From: Bdellovibrionales bacterium
Lineage (GTDB): Bacteria; Bdellovibrionota; Bdellovibrionia; Bdellovibrionales; UBA1609
Assembly: GCA_027317865.1 (NCBI GenBank)
Contig: DAHVQG010000005.1
Span: 32,001-96,000, forward strand
Length of the DNA: 64,000 nucleotides
Direction of reading: 5' to 3'
Under the pieces are notes generated by a model. It saw nothing but the letters and a program-made list of their open reading frames with translations. It did not search any database and was not told the origin of the DNA. This document shows positions 39,800 to 49,830 of the stretch, piece after piece (position 1 is the stretch's first letter; every line of letters starts with the position of its first letter). Made by a program: the position numbers and the translations under genes.

Positions 39800-40132
39800 T
39801 TAAAATAATCCCGGAATTCCCACGCCACCTGTGATTTTTGACATTTCAGCTTGCGACGTTTCGCTGGCCTTGGTCAGGGCATCGTTGGCGGCTGTTACAA
39901 TTAAATCTTGGAGCATTTCGATATCACCCGCACTCATCACGTCAGGTTTAATGCTCACTGCAACCAAACGATTGGCGCCACTAACTTTTACGCTGACCGC
40001 GCCGCCGCCCGATGAACCTTCGTATTCTTGTGTGGCCAACTCTTCTTGCACCTTTTTCATTTTCATTTGCATTTGATTGGCCTGTTGCATGATCTTTTGC
40101 AGACTATTGCCGTTGCCGCCGAACCCTTTCAT
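39800..40132 (-). CDS. ybaB: YbaB/EbfC family nucleoid-associated protein
   Basis: QANQMQ, GSSGGGAV, DIEMLQDLIVTAANDA; between dnaX and recR. Confidence 0.95.
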   Translation of the reverse strand: MKGFGGNGNSLQKIMQQANQMQMKMKKVQEELATQEYEGSSGGGAVSVKVSGANRLVAVSIKPDVMSAGDIEMLQDLIVTAANDALTKASETSQAEMSKITGGVGIPGLF

Positions 40133-41763
40133 TATTCACTCTCCCGGATAGATTTAATTTCGCTATTAAAGATCGACTTTGCCTCTCTGACAAGAGGGTG
40201 CTCCTCGATTTTCCTTAGAAGTTTTTCGTGCTCTTCTTGCTTTTTCTTCTCCTGGAGTTGCGCGGGGCTATTACCACCTGATTCGGAAGCCTTCGAAGTT
40301 TGCACTTTAACGGTATGCCCGGGGCCCCAGAAGGTATTAAGATAGTTGACGACTTTTTTTATAAATGCCGGATCTGATACTTGTTCGCGTAAAAACTGAT
40401 GTTTTTCTGATACGCCAAGCGTTGCCTCTAAACCGGAGAGGCTTAGAAGTTCTATTTGGTCGAGTTGTGCGGCTATAAGTCCATTCACTTTACGAACGCG
40501 ATCGACAAAATCGCTCCATTTTTCAGCCCAAGTATTTTCGATAGGCGCTGCGGCTGGTGAAACTAAAGACGGAGCCGGAGACAAAGGTGAAGATTTTGTC
40601 GAAGTGCGCGCGCGTGAATCAATCCAGCGGTCTATGGTTTCAAGACGTGGCGCAATGGACATGCGCAGAAGAACCATTTCGAGTACCACGCGTGGATCTT
40701 GGGCGTGATGAAGATCGCTTGCGCCTTTCAATGCCATATCAAACAGCGTGTGGAGGTCTTCTTCGCTTATCTTATTCGATAAGCCACGCAAAAAATCAAT
40801 TTCTTCTTTTGGTAGATCGATCATCGACTCCGCTTGATCTCCGGCAATTTTAGCGAGCAAAAGATTGCGCCATTCCTCTAGAAGATCCTTCATGAAGACA
40901 AGCGGATCATATCCGGCCAAAAAAATCGCAGTGACGCAGTTTAGAATTTCTTGAGTTGCATTCGCATTTTCGCCTGTGACAAGCGCCGAAAGCGTGCGGG
41001 TTAATAGCGTACGATCAGTGAGACCTAGCGACTCCGTGACCTTTGCGAGGGTGAGATCAATTGCACCGTCGCTGCTAGCGCAAAAACTCATTACCTGATC
41101 AAGAAGGCTTTGGGCATCACGCATTGAACCTTCGCCTTGGCGTGCGATCGCCCAAATTGCCTCAGAAGCTGCGCGTACTTTTTCTGCCTCGCAGATTTTA
41201 CCTAAGTGCTCGGCAATTAATTTAGTTGATATTTTTCGAAAATCGTAGCGTTGGCAACGGGACAAAATAGTATTGGGAATCTTTTGGGCTTCGGTTGTTG
41301 CCATGACAAAAATCACATGCTCGGGTGGCTCTTCGAGAGTTTTTAAAAGCGCGTTGAAGGCGCTCGTCGTGAGCATATGGACTTCATCGATAATATAAAT
41401 TTTGTAGCGTCCCGATGAGGGCATGAACCCGACTGTTTCGCGCAGTTCGCGAATGGCCTCAACGCCGTTATTGCTGGCGCCGTCGATTTCAAGTACGTCA
41501 AGGCTTCGAGATTCGGCGACTTCTTGGCAGTCGCTACAAACGTTGCACGGAACGAAATTCTTTGCATTCGGGCAGCGTAAACTTTTAGCTAAAATTCGAG
41601 CCGTAGAGGTTTTGCCTGTTCCGCGTGGACCGGTAAAAAGTAGCGCATGCGGGAGCCGATTGTGGCGAAGCGAATTAAGGAGCGTTTGGCTGACATGTGT
41701 CTGGCCAACGAGTTCATCAAAAGTTTTTGAGCGCCACTTGCGGGCAAGCACCTGATAAGCCAA
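40132..41763 (-). CDS. dnaX: DNA polymerase III subunit gamma/tau
   Basis: YQVLARKWR, GPRGTGKT, EIDGASN, DEVHML, SRCQ, GSMRDA; TTG start at 41763 with GAGGGA RBS. Confidence 0.96.
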   Translation of the reverse strand: MAYQVLARKWRSKTFDELVGQTHVSQTLLNSLRHNRLPHALLFTGPRGTGKTSTARILAKSLRCPNAKNFVPCNVCSDCQEVAESRSLDVLEIDGASNNGVEAIRELRETVGFMPSSGRYKIYIIDEVHMLTTSAFNALLKTLEEPPEHVIFVMATTEAQKIPNTILSRCQRYDFRKISTKLIAEHLGKICEAEKVRAASEAIWAIARQGEGSMRDAQSLLDQVMSFCASSDGAIDLTLAKVTESLGLTDRTLLTRTLSALVTGENANATQEILNCVTAIFLAGYDPLVFMKDLLEEWRNLLLAKIAGDQAESMIDLPKEEIDFLRGLSNKISEEDLHTLFDMALKGASDLHHAQDPRVVLEMVLLRMSIAPRLETIDRWIDSRARTSTKSSPLSPAPSLVSPAAAPIENTWAEKWSDFVDRVRKVNGLIAAQLDQIELLSLSGLEATLGVSEKHQFLREQVSDPAFIKKVVNYLNTFWGPGHTVKVQTSKASESGGNSPAQLQEKKKQEEHEKLLRKIEEHPLVREAKSIFNSEIKSIRESE

Positions 41764-41783
41764 TGATCCCTCTGCATAAAAGT

Positions 41784-41879
41784 GGCCAGGCACCCCATAT
41801 CACATGGCACTTCGGGTACCGTTGCTCCCTTTCGGGCCTAGCGGGGTTCATCGAAGACGTCATTGCATGGGACCCGGCC
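41784..41879 (-). ncRNA. ffs: Signal recognition particle RNA (4.5S, small bacterial type)
   Basis: Minus strand long hairpin GGCCGGGTCCC...GGGGTGCCTGGCC with apical GAACCCCGCTAGGCCCGAAAGGGAGCAACGG (SRP helix 8, GNRA loop); usual position upstream of dnaX. Confidence 0.88.
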
Positions 41880-41917
41880 GCCTCCAAACATAGGCGCTGC
41901 GCCAAAAAACCGCAATA

Positions 41918-42898
41918 TTAAACTTGCCGGGCCAATTCTTCGAGAGCCCGAGTTTCGCTTAACCAGTGATCAAATTCAAGAAACTGCGGGAATAGATTGG
42001 GAAACGATGGGTCCTCCCATCTGTGAGCAACCCATGCTGAATAATGGATTATTCGTAGCCCACGTAAGCCCGGAATAAGTAAAAGTTCGCGGTCATCAAA
42101 ATGGCGTAGTTCTTTGTAGCCATTAAGTATGCTTTGCAATTCGTCGGCTCCTACGGGGGAGTTTTCAGGCTCCGATAGAAGCATCCAAAAATCTTGCACC
42201 GCAGGGCCCGTACAGCAGTCATCAAAATCTACGAAGAAAAATTCGGAAGGCCGATCTTTATGATCCGTTTTTAGGATATTGCCCCTGTGGCAATCACCGT
42301 GAATGCGATATTTTTTAGCGCTGCCGAGCGGGGCGCGCAGTTTATCCAAAATGATTTGAGCCGACTCACTGTAGCGCTTTTTTAGGTCAGGATGAATCCA
42401 GTTTTGCAAAAATTTAAGACTGTGATCGCCGTATGTCTCAACGCTAAGTACGGGGCGATGAGAAGCGGGGTGCGTGCCTCCCACATTGTGCATTCTAGCT
42501 AGGGTTCGCCCCAGGCGATAAAAATCCGGCATTTGAAATTCATCGACCATTCGAGCCAACGCACGCGGAAAGGCCGCAAACCAAATGCTTTGCGGGCTAG
42601 ACATTACAGTTCTACTGTTTTTAAGTCTTTGTGGGGCAATAACCGGAAGCCCTGCCTGCGCCAAATCGTCAATAAACTGGTGCTCTTCAAGTATTGAAAG
42701 CTCGCTCCAGCGGCCGGGGCGGTAAAATTTCACAATAACTCGAGATGCCTCAGATGAACCCTGTTCTAGATAAACGTCAAAGACGCGGTTTTCGTAGGAA
42801 TTAAGCTGAATAAACTGACCTGTTGGCGAAAACCCAGCGGTTTCGAGTGCGTGCATTACTTCGTCGGGCGTCAAGTCGTAAAAGTCTTCTTTTGACAT
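41918..42898 (-). CDS. srkA: Stress response kinase SrkA/RdoA (YihE) family
   Basis: LNSYENRV, KFYRPGRWS, HGDCHRGN, DFDD, VQDFWML, RWEDPSFP. Confidence 0.9.
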   Translation of the reverse strand: MSKEDFYDLTPDEVMHALETAGFSPTGQFIQLNSYENRVFDVYLEQGSSEASRVIVKFYRPGRWSELSILEEHQFIDDLAQAGLPVIAPQRLKNSRTVMSSPQSIWFAAFPRALARMVDEFQMPDFYRLGRTLARMHNVGGTHPASHRPVLSVETYGDHSLKFLQNWIHPDLKKRYSESAQIILDKLRAPLGSAKKYRIHGDCHRGNILKTDHKDRPSEFFFVDFDDCCTGPAVQDFWMLLSEPENSPVGADELQSILNGYKELRHFDDRELLLIPGLRGLRIIHYSAWVAHRWEDPSFPNLFPQFLEFDHWLSETRALEELARQV

Positions 42899-42929
42899 TC
42901 AATTTTTCTCAATGAAATGATTATTGACT

Positions 42930-43838
42930 ATGGATATTCAAACGCCGCTACCGATGCCTGAAACCGAAAACCACCAACCAACCTTAGGTTGTTATACCGA
43001 TTTTCGCCAGTACCTGCGAGATTTTTATGAATTCAAAGTACGTGAGTATCGCGATTCATTTGGGAGTTACACTTATAAAACCTTTAGCGCCTCGGCGGAT
43101 TTGCGCTCACCGAATTATTTAAAACTGATCATCGATGGCGAACGCAACTTGTCGCCAGGTACCGCCCGCAAATTTGCTAAAGCCCTGGGCCTTGACCGCG
43201 AGTCGACCGAAGAGTTTTTGCTTTTAGTTGAATACGGCCAGGCACTTGACCCCCTTGAACGCAATCGGCACTTGCGCACGCTCAATGAATTTCGTTTAAA
43301 GAGGCGTTTAAAAAACGGCGAATTGCCATCTGAGCGAGTCGAAATGGCGCCGCGGTGGGTGAGTTGGGCCCTGCATGCGGTTGCGGATCAAGCTGGTGCC
43401 GATTTTTCTGTTGACGGCTTGCGCGACCTTCTGATTGGTAAAGTAAGTGCTGATGAAATTCGAAAATCGCTACAACAGTTATTCGATGCAGGAGCCTTGA
43501 ATCTCGATTCTGAAACGGGACGGGTGAAAAAAGGAATAGTACCGCCCAATCAAGACGAAATACCGTCTGATGTAATCAGAAAAATTCAGGCTGAGCTTAT
43601 GTACCTTGGGATGGAGTCTCTGATCAGCGGTCAGGCGCAAGAGCGTGAAATTGGTACGTTGACTGTTTGTTTAACAGAAAATGAATTTGAAAAGCTTCGT
43701 TTTGAGCTTCGCCATCTGCGCAAGAGAATTTTAAAAGATGCATTGATAGAACGCGAACGCTCCCCAGGCGATCGCGTTTATCAACTCAATATTCAGTTAT
43801 TTCCGCTTACGAAGCGGTCGCGGCAGTCTCGCGTTTAG
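42930..43838 (+). CDS. TIGR02147 family protein (HTH plus DUF4423-like)
   Basis: YTDFRQYLRDFY, SPNYLKLIIDGERNLS, C-terminal VYQLNIQLFPLT. Confidence 0.85.
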   Translation: MDIQTPLPMPETENHQPTLGCYTDFRQYLRDFYEFKVREYRDSFGSYTYKTFSASADLRSPNYLKLIIDGERNLSPGTARKFAKALGLDRESTEEFLLLVEYGQALDPLERNRHLRTLNEFRLKRRLKNGELPSERVEMAPRWVSWALHAVADQAGADFSVDGLRDLLIGKVSADEIRKSLQQLFDAGALNLDSETGRVKKGIVPPNQDEIPSDVIRKIQAELMYLGMESLISGQAQEREIGTLTVCLTENEFEKLRFELRHLRKRILKDALIERERSPGDRVYQLNIQLFPLTKRSRQSRV

Positions 43839-43851
43839 CGTGCGACTCGAT

Positions 43852-44208
43852 TCAGCCAGCGGCAAGCTTTGGGATGAGTACTTGCCCTGCAAAAAGTGTT
43901 TGAAAAGGCTCGCGCTGGTTGGTGTGCAATTCCCGTTGCCCCGAGAGTGGAATCGGTTCTTCAGGCGACTCGCTGCCGTTCATTTGAGTGTCGATTGCAC
44001 CGTCGATGAGTTCGTTCAAATTAATACCGAGCGTCTGGAGCATGGAGCACAGGTCCCCGGCTCGGATTTCCGTGTGCTCTTTGAAAAATCGGTTTACAGA
44101 AATACGAGACATTGAACAACGTTTAGCGATCTGGTCTTGGGTTAATCCTCTCAGTTTGGCTAATACGGCAAGTTTTCGACCAAGGCTATTTTCTTGCGAG
44201 TCTCCCAT
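43852..44208 (-). CDS. XRE-family helix-turn-helix regulator
   Basis: RGLTQDQIAKRCSMSRISVNRF; G8 RBS. Confidence 0.8.
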   Translation of the reverse strand: MGDSQENSLGRKLAVLAKLRGLTQDQIAKRCSMSRISVNRFFKEHTEIRAGDLCSMLQTLGINLNELIDGAIDTQMNGSESPEEPIPLSGQRELHTNQREPFQTLFAGQVLIPKLAAG

Positions 44209-44302
44209 AATATCCCCCCCCGTTTTTTTGCGCGCGGTTCGTATACCGATTACGCATTATATTTTTGCCGGCCCCCTAACGGGCCGACACCAATACAACA
44301 GT

Positions 44303-44318
44303 AGCAAAAGCTATACCA
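44303..44318 (-). promoter_or_regulatory. Putative sigma54 promoter for the XRE gene
   Basis: Minus strand TGGTATAGCTTTTGCT, with GG-N10-GC spacing and TTGC -12 element. Confidence 0.6.
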
Positions 44319-44334
44319 GGATTTGTGGGGCCAA

Positions 44335-45588
44335 TTAGACACCGAACTCTTTGTCTAAGCTGCCTACGCGGATTTTATTGGCGAATAGCGAAAAGGCCAA
44401 ATAGCCACCAAGGGTGGGTACTTGCGATAGCCAGGGTGGCAAGTATTTTGGCGGCTCAATGATCTGAGATTCATAAAAAGGAGCTAATTTTTCAGCGTCA
44501 TCAAACGTCATGCGTCCAGCAAACAGGACTCGCGTCAGGCCAAGCTTGGATTTTTTCATTGCCCAGCGAAAAAACGAGTGAGCACGAAGTAGACCGTCCA
44601 AGTAAACAGAGTCTTTCGTAAATACGTAGCGGCCGTTTGGGTCGCCGCCGCGAAAAATCCTTTGAGTTGAGCTATAGCTCTCGCTCTCGCTTTGGCCACT
44701 CTTGAGAAAAAATTCGAACACCTCAATGAAGTTTGCGCCTTCAAGAGCCATATTTACCGCAAGCACTCGAAGCGCAATACGCTTGAGACGTCCAAGATCA
44801 ATCGCGCCCGTAATAAGTTCGGCGAATGTAGCAAGACCTTCTTGTGTAGCCGTTGTGCGAGGGGCGCCGGCGCCGAGGCAAGTAAGATGACTCTGATATT
44901 TGCCATTGAGCGCAGTTAGCGTGTGAACAAAAATTTCGTGTTCGAGAAGTTGTTTAAAATCATAGGGCGTGAAGCAAGTTCCCGAGCGAAGCCGTACTCG
45001 ATGCACCCCGGCTGCGGCTTTGGGAACAAGACTGTCATCAATCTGCACGCTAATTTTATCATTTACAAAAACGGCGCTGATCGCATTTTCGAGCTCCGAT
45101 TTGATTGTTTCAGCCAATACGCAAATGTCTTGTTCGTCGACATTATGGTAATCATTAAATTGATCGGCGATTTCGATAAAAAATTTCGCGGCGTCGATAT
45201 TAGAATATTTGCTGCCTGTGACGAGATCTCCAGGTCGGCCGTACATTTCTACGCAATACGGGAGCATTTCTGGCTGCCCGAGCTTTTCGGCAAACTTGTG
45301 ACCCGACCAATAGCTTTTCGCGGTTTGATGTAGGAATTGCGCTATGGGGTGAGGGGTATCGGTTTGTTTTACGATTTCATCAAGAGATTTGAGCTGTTCG
45401 GTGAATTGGTGCGCGGGGTAATTGATTTCTGGTATGATCTTTTTGCCGCTTCGATACTTCGACAAAAAATCATCTTGCTTGGCTTTTGGCCATTCGATCA
45501 TTGTCAGTATTTTAAACTGGATCGCAATGGCAAAAAGCCGCTTATCAATATCGAGATAATTTTTTAATTCAGCATCAATCTCAGCCAC
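44335..45588 (-). CDS. QEGLA-motif protein (DUF1704, MATCAP-like metallopeptidase)
   Basis: HEIFVH (HExxxH), TQEGLATFAE, RIFRG, FTKDSVYLDG. Confidence 0.88.
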   Translation of the reverse strand: MAEIDAELKNYLDIDKRLFAIAIQFKILTMIEWPKAKQDDFLSKYRSGKKIIPEINYPAHQFTEQLKSLDEIVKQTDTPHPIAQFLHQTAKSYWSGHKFAEKLGQPEMLPYCVEMYGRPGDLVTGSKYSNIDAAKFFIEIADQFNDYHNVDEQDICVLAETIKSELENAISAVFVNDKISVQIDDSLVPKAAAGVHRVRLRSGTCFTPYDFKQLLEHEIFVHTLTALNGKYQSHLTCLGAGAPRTTATQEGLATFAELITGAIDLGRLKRIALRVLAVNMALEGANFIEVFEFFLKSGQSESESYSSTQRIFRGGDPNGRYVFTKDSVYLDGLLRAHSFFRWAMKKSKLGLTRVLFAGRMTFDDAEKLAPFYESQIIEPPKYLPPWLSQVPTLGGYLAFSLFANKIRVGSLDKEFGV

Positions 45589-48038
45589 TAAGCTTTCGCC
45601 GTAGCTTTAACCGTTGCTTTGCCTTTGGCCATTTCGCTGATGCGCATTCCATAAAATGAGCGCCATACGAAAACGAGGCCGATCAACAAAAATACTACAC
45701 CAAGATAGGTGGCTACTGCTCCTGCGGAGTGCGCAATTTCAACCGCCAAAAGCCCGAACAATGTCGTGAACTTGATAATCGGATTTAACGCAACCGAGGA
45801 AGTATCTTTGAATGGATCGCCGACCGTATCGCCGATGACTGTTGCCGCGTGCAGGGGCGAGCCCTTTTCGCGAAGGTCGACTTCAACGACTTTCTTGGCA
45901 TTGTCCCAGGCGCCGCCCGCATTGGCCATAAACATGGCTTGATAAAGACCGAACACTGCAATTGATATGAGATAACTTGCAAAATAAGTTGCATCAAAAC
46001 AGGCAAACGCCAGCGTGAACGAAAAAAGAACGCCAAAGACGTTAATCATTCCGGTTTGGGCGTAGCGCGTGCAAATATGAACAACTTCTTTTGAAGTCTC
46101 AATAGAAGCTTTTTCGGCTGAATCAAGGCGGATATGCTTTTTGATATATTCAACGGCACGGTATGCGCCGGTTGTTACGGCCTGTATTGAAGCTCCCGTG
46201 AACCAGTAAATAATCGCGCCACCCGTAATGAGTCCAAGCAGTACGCGAGGATCAAGCAAATCAAGGTTGAGGTTCATCAACAAGATGATCGAGAATATCA
46301 TGGTTGTGGCTCCGATAACCGCCGTACCAATCAAAACCGGTTTAGCCGTGGCCTTAAAAGTGTTACCCGCAGAGTCGTTTTCTTCAAGGTAAGCTTTACC
46401 GTTTTTAAAATCGGGTTTAAAGCCGAAGTCTTTTTCAATTTCAGAAGACGCCGTGGGGCTTTGTTCGATTTGTGACAATTCGAAGACCGATTGCGCATTG
46501 TCGGTAACCGGACCATAGCTATCAACAGCGATAGTTACAGGACCCATCCCTAAAAAGCCAAAGGCCACCAAACCGAAGGCAAACACGGCTGGGTAAACCA
46601 TGAAATGGCCAAGCCCAAGAGTACTTGTGAGATACGCAATAAACATGAGGGCGACAAGAGTCATCCCTTTCCAGAAAGCAGAAAAGTTGCCAGCGACTAA
46701 CCCAGACAAAATCGTGAGTGAAGGGCCGCCTTCGCGGGACGCGGCGACAATTTCACCGACATGAATGGATTTTGCCGACGTGAATACTTTTGTGAGCTCT
46801 GGAATAACGGCGGCCGCGATGGTACCGCAGCTCATAATGGTCGAAATCTTCCACCACATACTGCCAAGATCTGAGAGCAAAAAATAACTGACGGAGTAAG
46901 TGACAACGATCGAAACCGCTGATGTGACCCAAACGAGAGTGGTGAGAGGGGTTTCAAAATCAAAGTGTTTTTTATCGCCAAATGCTGCGCGAGAAAAAAG
47001 GCCGTTAATCCAATACGAAATGACGGACGTAATGACCATGAGTCCGCGCATCGCAAAGATCCACACGATGAGTTTGGCTTGCAGTTCAAATGCATCGCTT
47101 TGCGGAACGAGTGTGCCACTTGCCCCGCGAACCATTCCAACAGCTAAAACGATAAAGCTGATTAGGGCAACACCCGTCACGCCGTAGGTTTCAAAACCGT
47201 CAGCGGTTGGTCCGACCGAGTCACCGGCATTGTCACCTGTGCAGTCGGCGATCACGCCGGGGTTACGAGCATCATCTTCTTTGATATTGAAAACGATTTT
47301 CATTAAATCGGAACCGATGTCGGCGATTTTGGTAAAAATACCGCCGCATATCCGAAGAGCAGAAGCGCCAAGAGATTCGCCAATAGCAAAACCTACAAAA
47401 CATGCACCGGCGCTTGGGCCGGGTACCCATTTCAAAATAATGGTCATGAGCGTGAGTTCTACGCAAACAAGAAGAACACCAATGGACATCCCGGCCTGTA
47501 GGGGGATAGCCATCACATTATAGGGCTTACCCGTAAGCGATGAAAAAGCGGTGCGGCTGTTGGCGTAGTTGTTGATGCGAATACCAAACCAAGCCACTCC
47601 ATAAGATCCTAAAATACCGAGTATCGACCATCCAAGAATCATAAAGACTTTTGCAAAACCGAGACTTTGCAAAAATCCAAAATAGTAGATGATGCATGCA
47701 GCGATAATCACTTCAAGGGCGGCGAGAAATTTACCTTGCGTGATCATATAGGTTTTGCAGGTTTCGTAAATGAGTTGCGAAATATCCAATAAACTCTTAT
47801 GCGCAGGCAATTTGCGGAGTCGGCTAAACTCGATTAATCCAAATCCGATACCGGCCAGCGCGATAAGAAGGACTATGGTTAAAAGTGTTTCGCCTGATAT
47901 CGGATGCCCAAACACATTAAAGTTAACATTTAGCGGTGGGATTTTTAAATCCGCTTCGCCGGCAAACGCCGTGGCCGCGAAAAAAGTCGAAAAAAGTGCA
48001 AATGTAAACCATGCTGAAATGCTTCTAATTAGACGCAT
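45588..48038 (-). CDS. hppA: Membrane-bound cation-translocating pyrophosphatase, divergent clade
   Basis: GGIFTKIADIGSDL, EDDARNPGVIADCTGDNAGD, DSYGPVTDNA, GNTFKA, GGAWDNAKK, GDTVGDPFKDT. Confidence 0.95.
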   Translation of the reverse strand: MRLIRSISAWFTFALFSTFFAATAFAGEADLKIPPLNVNFNVFGHPISGETLLTIVLLIALAGIGFGLIEFSRLRKLPAHKSLLDISQLIYETCKTYMITQGKFLAALEVIIAACIIYYFGFLQSLGFAKVFMILGWSILGILGSYGVAWFGIRINNYANSRTAFSSLTGKPYNVMAIPLQAGMSIGVLLVCVELTLMTIILKWVPGPSAGACFVGFAIGESLGASALRICGGIFTKIADIGSDLMKIVFNIKEDDARNPGVIADCTGDNAGDSVGPTADGFETYGVTGVALISFIVLAVGMVRGASGTLVPQSDAFELQAKLIVWIFAMRGLMVITSVISYWINGLFSRAAFGDKKHFDFETPLTTLVWVTSAVSIVVTYSVSYFLLSDLGSMWWKISTIMSCGTIAAAVIPELTKVFTSAKSIHVGEIVAASREGGPSLTILSGLVAGNFSAFWKGMTLVALMFIAYLTSTLGLGHFMVYPAVFAFGLVAFGFLGMGPVTIAVDSYGPVTDNAQSVFELSQIEQSPTASSEIEKDFGFKPDFKNGKAYLEENDSAGNTFKATAKPVLIGTAVIGATTMIFSIILLMNLNLDLLDPRVLLGLITGGAIIYWFTGASIQAVTTGAYRAVEYIKKHIRLDSAEKASIETSKEVVHICTRYAQTGMINVFGVLFSFTLAFACFDATYFASYLISIAVFGLYQAMFMANAGGAWDNAKKVVEVDLREKGSPLHAATVIGDTVGDPFKDTSSVALNPIIKFTTLFGLLAVEIAHSAGAVATYLGVVFLLIGLVFVWRSFYGMRISEMAKGKATVKATAKA

Positions 48039-48175
48039 AGGGAAGTTTCCTCGTGTTTTTGAGTTGATCACCGTTTAAAGTTTTAAGCCGTTGACAAATA
48101 AAGTGGCATCGATTTTGTGTCAACAACACGTTGCATCGTTTGACAACTTTTGATCCCCGCCGCAGTCTAAATTTG

Positions 48176-48817
48176 ATGAATGCTCTTATCACGGCTCTTG
48201 CCGACTTCGCCTTGGCGGGTAGCTGTTTGATCTTCAGTTGGAAGTTATGGACTCAACACGCACCCAATAGAAGCCTCAACAATAGCTTCTTTGGATTGTT
48301 TTTATCTACCGCCGTTGCCGCACTGGCTGGTGGTTTGAGGCATTCGACGCCTTGGCCATCGGCTTCGGCTGCGCTTTCATTTTTAAACTCCAGCATCATC
48401 ATTTTAGCGGGTGTCGCGGGTTATAATGTGTGGCTTATAGATGCCCAGCTTCTCTTTAGCAACGAGCGTTTTTTGCGGGTTGCACGCTGGGTTTTTAGAC
48501 TTTTATTTGTGATTTATTTGTTTTTGGTTTGGCGTCATGCGCACGGTTTTACCGCGGCAATTGTTGGATATGCTCCCGCAGCGGTCATATTGATTGTCAT
48601 CGCGACGTTGAGAGCCATGCACGCAAAAAACCGTTTTTACTTCTTTGGAGTCGCAGGCCTTTTACTTTGCGTTCTTGCCGCCTGGGTTGAGATTAAATTG
48701 ATTAACGTGCAGCCGATTTTCCTGACCCACGACATACTTTACGACCTTCTTCAGGGGTTCGGACTTTGGGGAGTGTACCTTTTCGGCAGCCGCGTCTCGC
48801 GGTTGAAGAGTTTGTGA
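48176..48817 (+). CDS. Hypothetical multi-pass membrane protein
   Basis: About seven TM helices, GGLRH and HDILYD; resembles DUF6962-type proteins. Confidence 0.6.
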   Translation: MNALITALADFALAGSCLIFSWKLWTQHAPNRSLNNSFFGLFLSTAVAALAGGLRHSTPWPSASAALSFLNSSIIILAGVAGYNVWLIDAQLLFSNERFLRVARWVFRLLFVIYLFLVWRHAHGFTAAIVGYAPAAVILIVIATLRAMHAKNRFYFFGVAGLLLCVLAAWVEIKLINVQPIFLTHDILYDLLQGFGLWGVYLFGSRVSRLKSL

Positions 48818-48822
48818 CGTTT

Positions 48823-49830
48823 TTAGTAGCGGAGCAAATTTGCACCCCAAGTAAAACCGGCGCCGAACGCGACAAATGCCACAAGATCACCGCGTTTGAT
48901 TTTATTAAGCGCCACCGCCTCGTCAAACGTAATCGGGATTGTAGCCATCGTTGTATTGCCGTAGCGGTCAAGGGTGTGGTGTGTTTTCTCAAACGGTACG
49001 CCCAGTTGATCGAGCACCATTTGGTTGATTCGCATGTTGGCCTGGTGAGCAATTACAAAATCAAGATCTGAAGTTTTAAAGTGATTCCGCTCTAAAAGTT
49101 CATTCATCACTTCGCACATGCGAGTTATTGCGTTTTTGAAAACAAGTTTGCCTTCCATGTAGGGGTAAATGGCGCTGTCAAAAGTCGGTTTTTCAGAAAT
49201 ACGCGGAAAATCATTCGAAGAAGGTTTTGTCACTGTTAATACTTCGGCAAATTTGCCCTCACTGTGCAGGCAACTGTCGAGCACATGGGGCGATTTTTCG
49301 TCACAGGCTTCAACGATCATCGCCCCTGCGCCGTCGCCAAATAAAACCGAAACATCGCGCCCACGTGTTGTGAGGTCGAGACTGGTGGAGTGTATTTCTG
49401 ATCCGACAATTAAAATCCGTTTGTACTGGCCCGAACGAATCCAGGCATCGGCAACAGATAGCGCATAGACAAATCCGGAGCATTGGTTGCGAATATCAAG
49501 GGCGGGAATGGGTTTTGAAAACCCCAATTCTCTTTGCAGCAAAACGCCCGTGCCGGGAAACAGGTAATCGGTGATAAGAGCGCCAAACACGATCATGTCG
49601 ATGTCGTCTGGTTTAAGATTTGCGCGCTCTAGAGCTTGGCGGCTGGCTTTGGCTGCCATGCCGCGCGTGGTTTCGCCTGGGGTAATCCAGCGCCGTTCTT
49701 TTATCCCTGAGCGTTGTTGAATCCACTCGTCGCTGGTATCCATATACGACTCGAGTTCTTTGTTCGTCACGACCCGACTCGGAACGTACATCCCGGTTGA
49801 AACAATTCGCGTGCGTATGGTGGCGCTCAT
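48823..49830 (-). CDS. fabH: 3-oxoacyl-ACP synthase III
   Basis: DTSDEWI..RSGIKERR, NQCSGF, LFGDGAGA, HQANMRI, YGNT, FGAGFTWG. Confidence 0.94.
   Translation of the reverse strand: MSATIRTRIVSTGMYVPSRVVTNKELESYMDTSDEWIQQRSGIKERRWITPGETTRGMAAKASRQALERANLKPDDIDMIVFGALITDYLFPGTGVLLQRELGFSKPIPALDIRNQCSGFVYALSVADAWIRSGQYKRILIVGSEIHSTSLDLTTRGRDVSVLFGDGAGAMIVEACDEKSPHVLDSCLHSEGKFAEVLTVTKPSSNDFPRISEKPTFDSAIYPYMEGKLVFKNAITRMCEVMNELLERNHFKTSDLDFVIAHQANMRINQMVLDQLGVPFEKTHHTLDRYGNTTMATIPITFDEAVALNKIKRGDLVAFVAFGAGFTWGANLLRY

Noticed and set aside
40351-40365. A-run in dnaX as a programmed -1 frameshift site
   Set aside because: Reads ATA AAA AAA GTC rather than in-frame A AAA AAG, lies near the C-terminus, and I saw no clear stimulatory hairpin.
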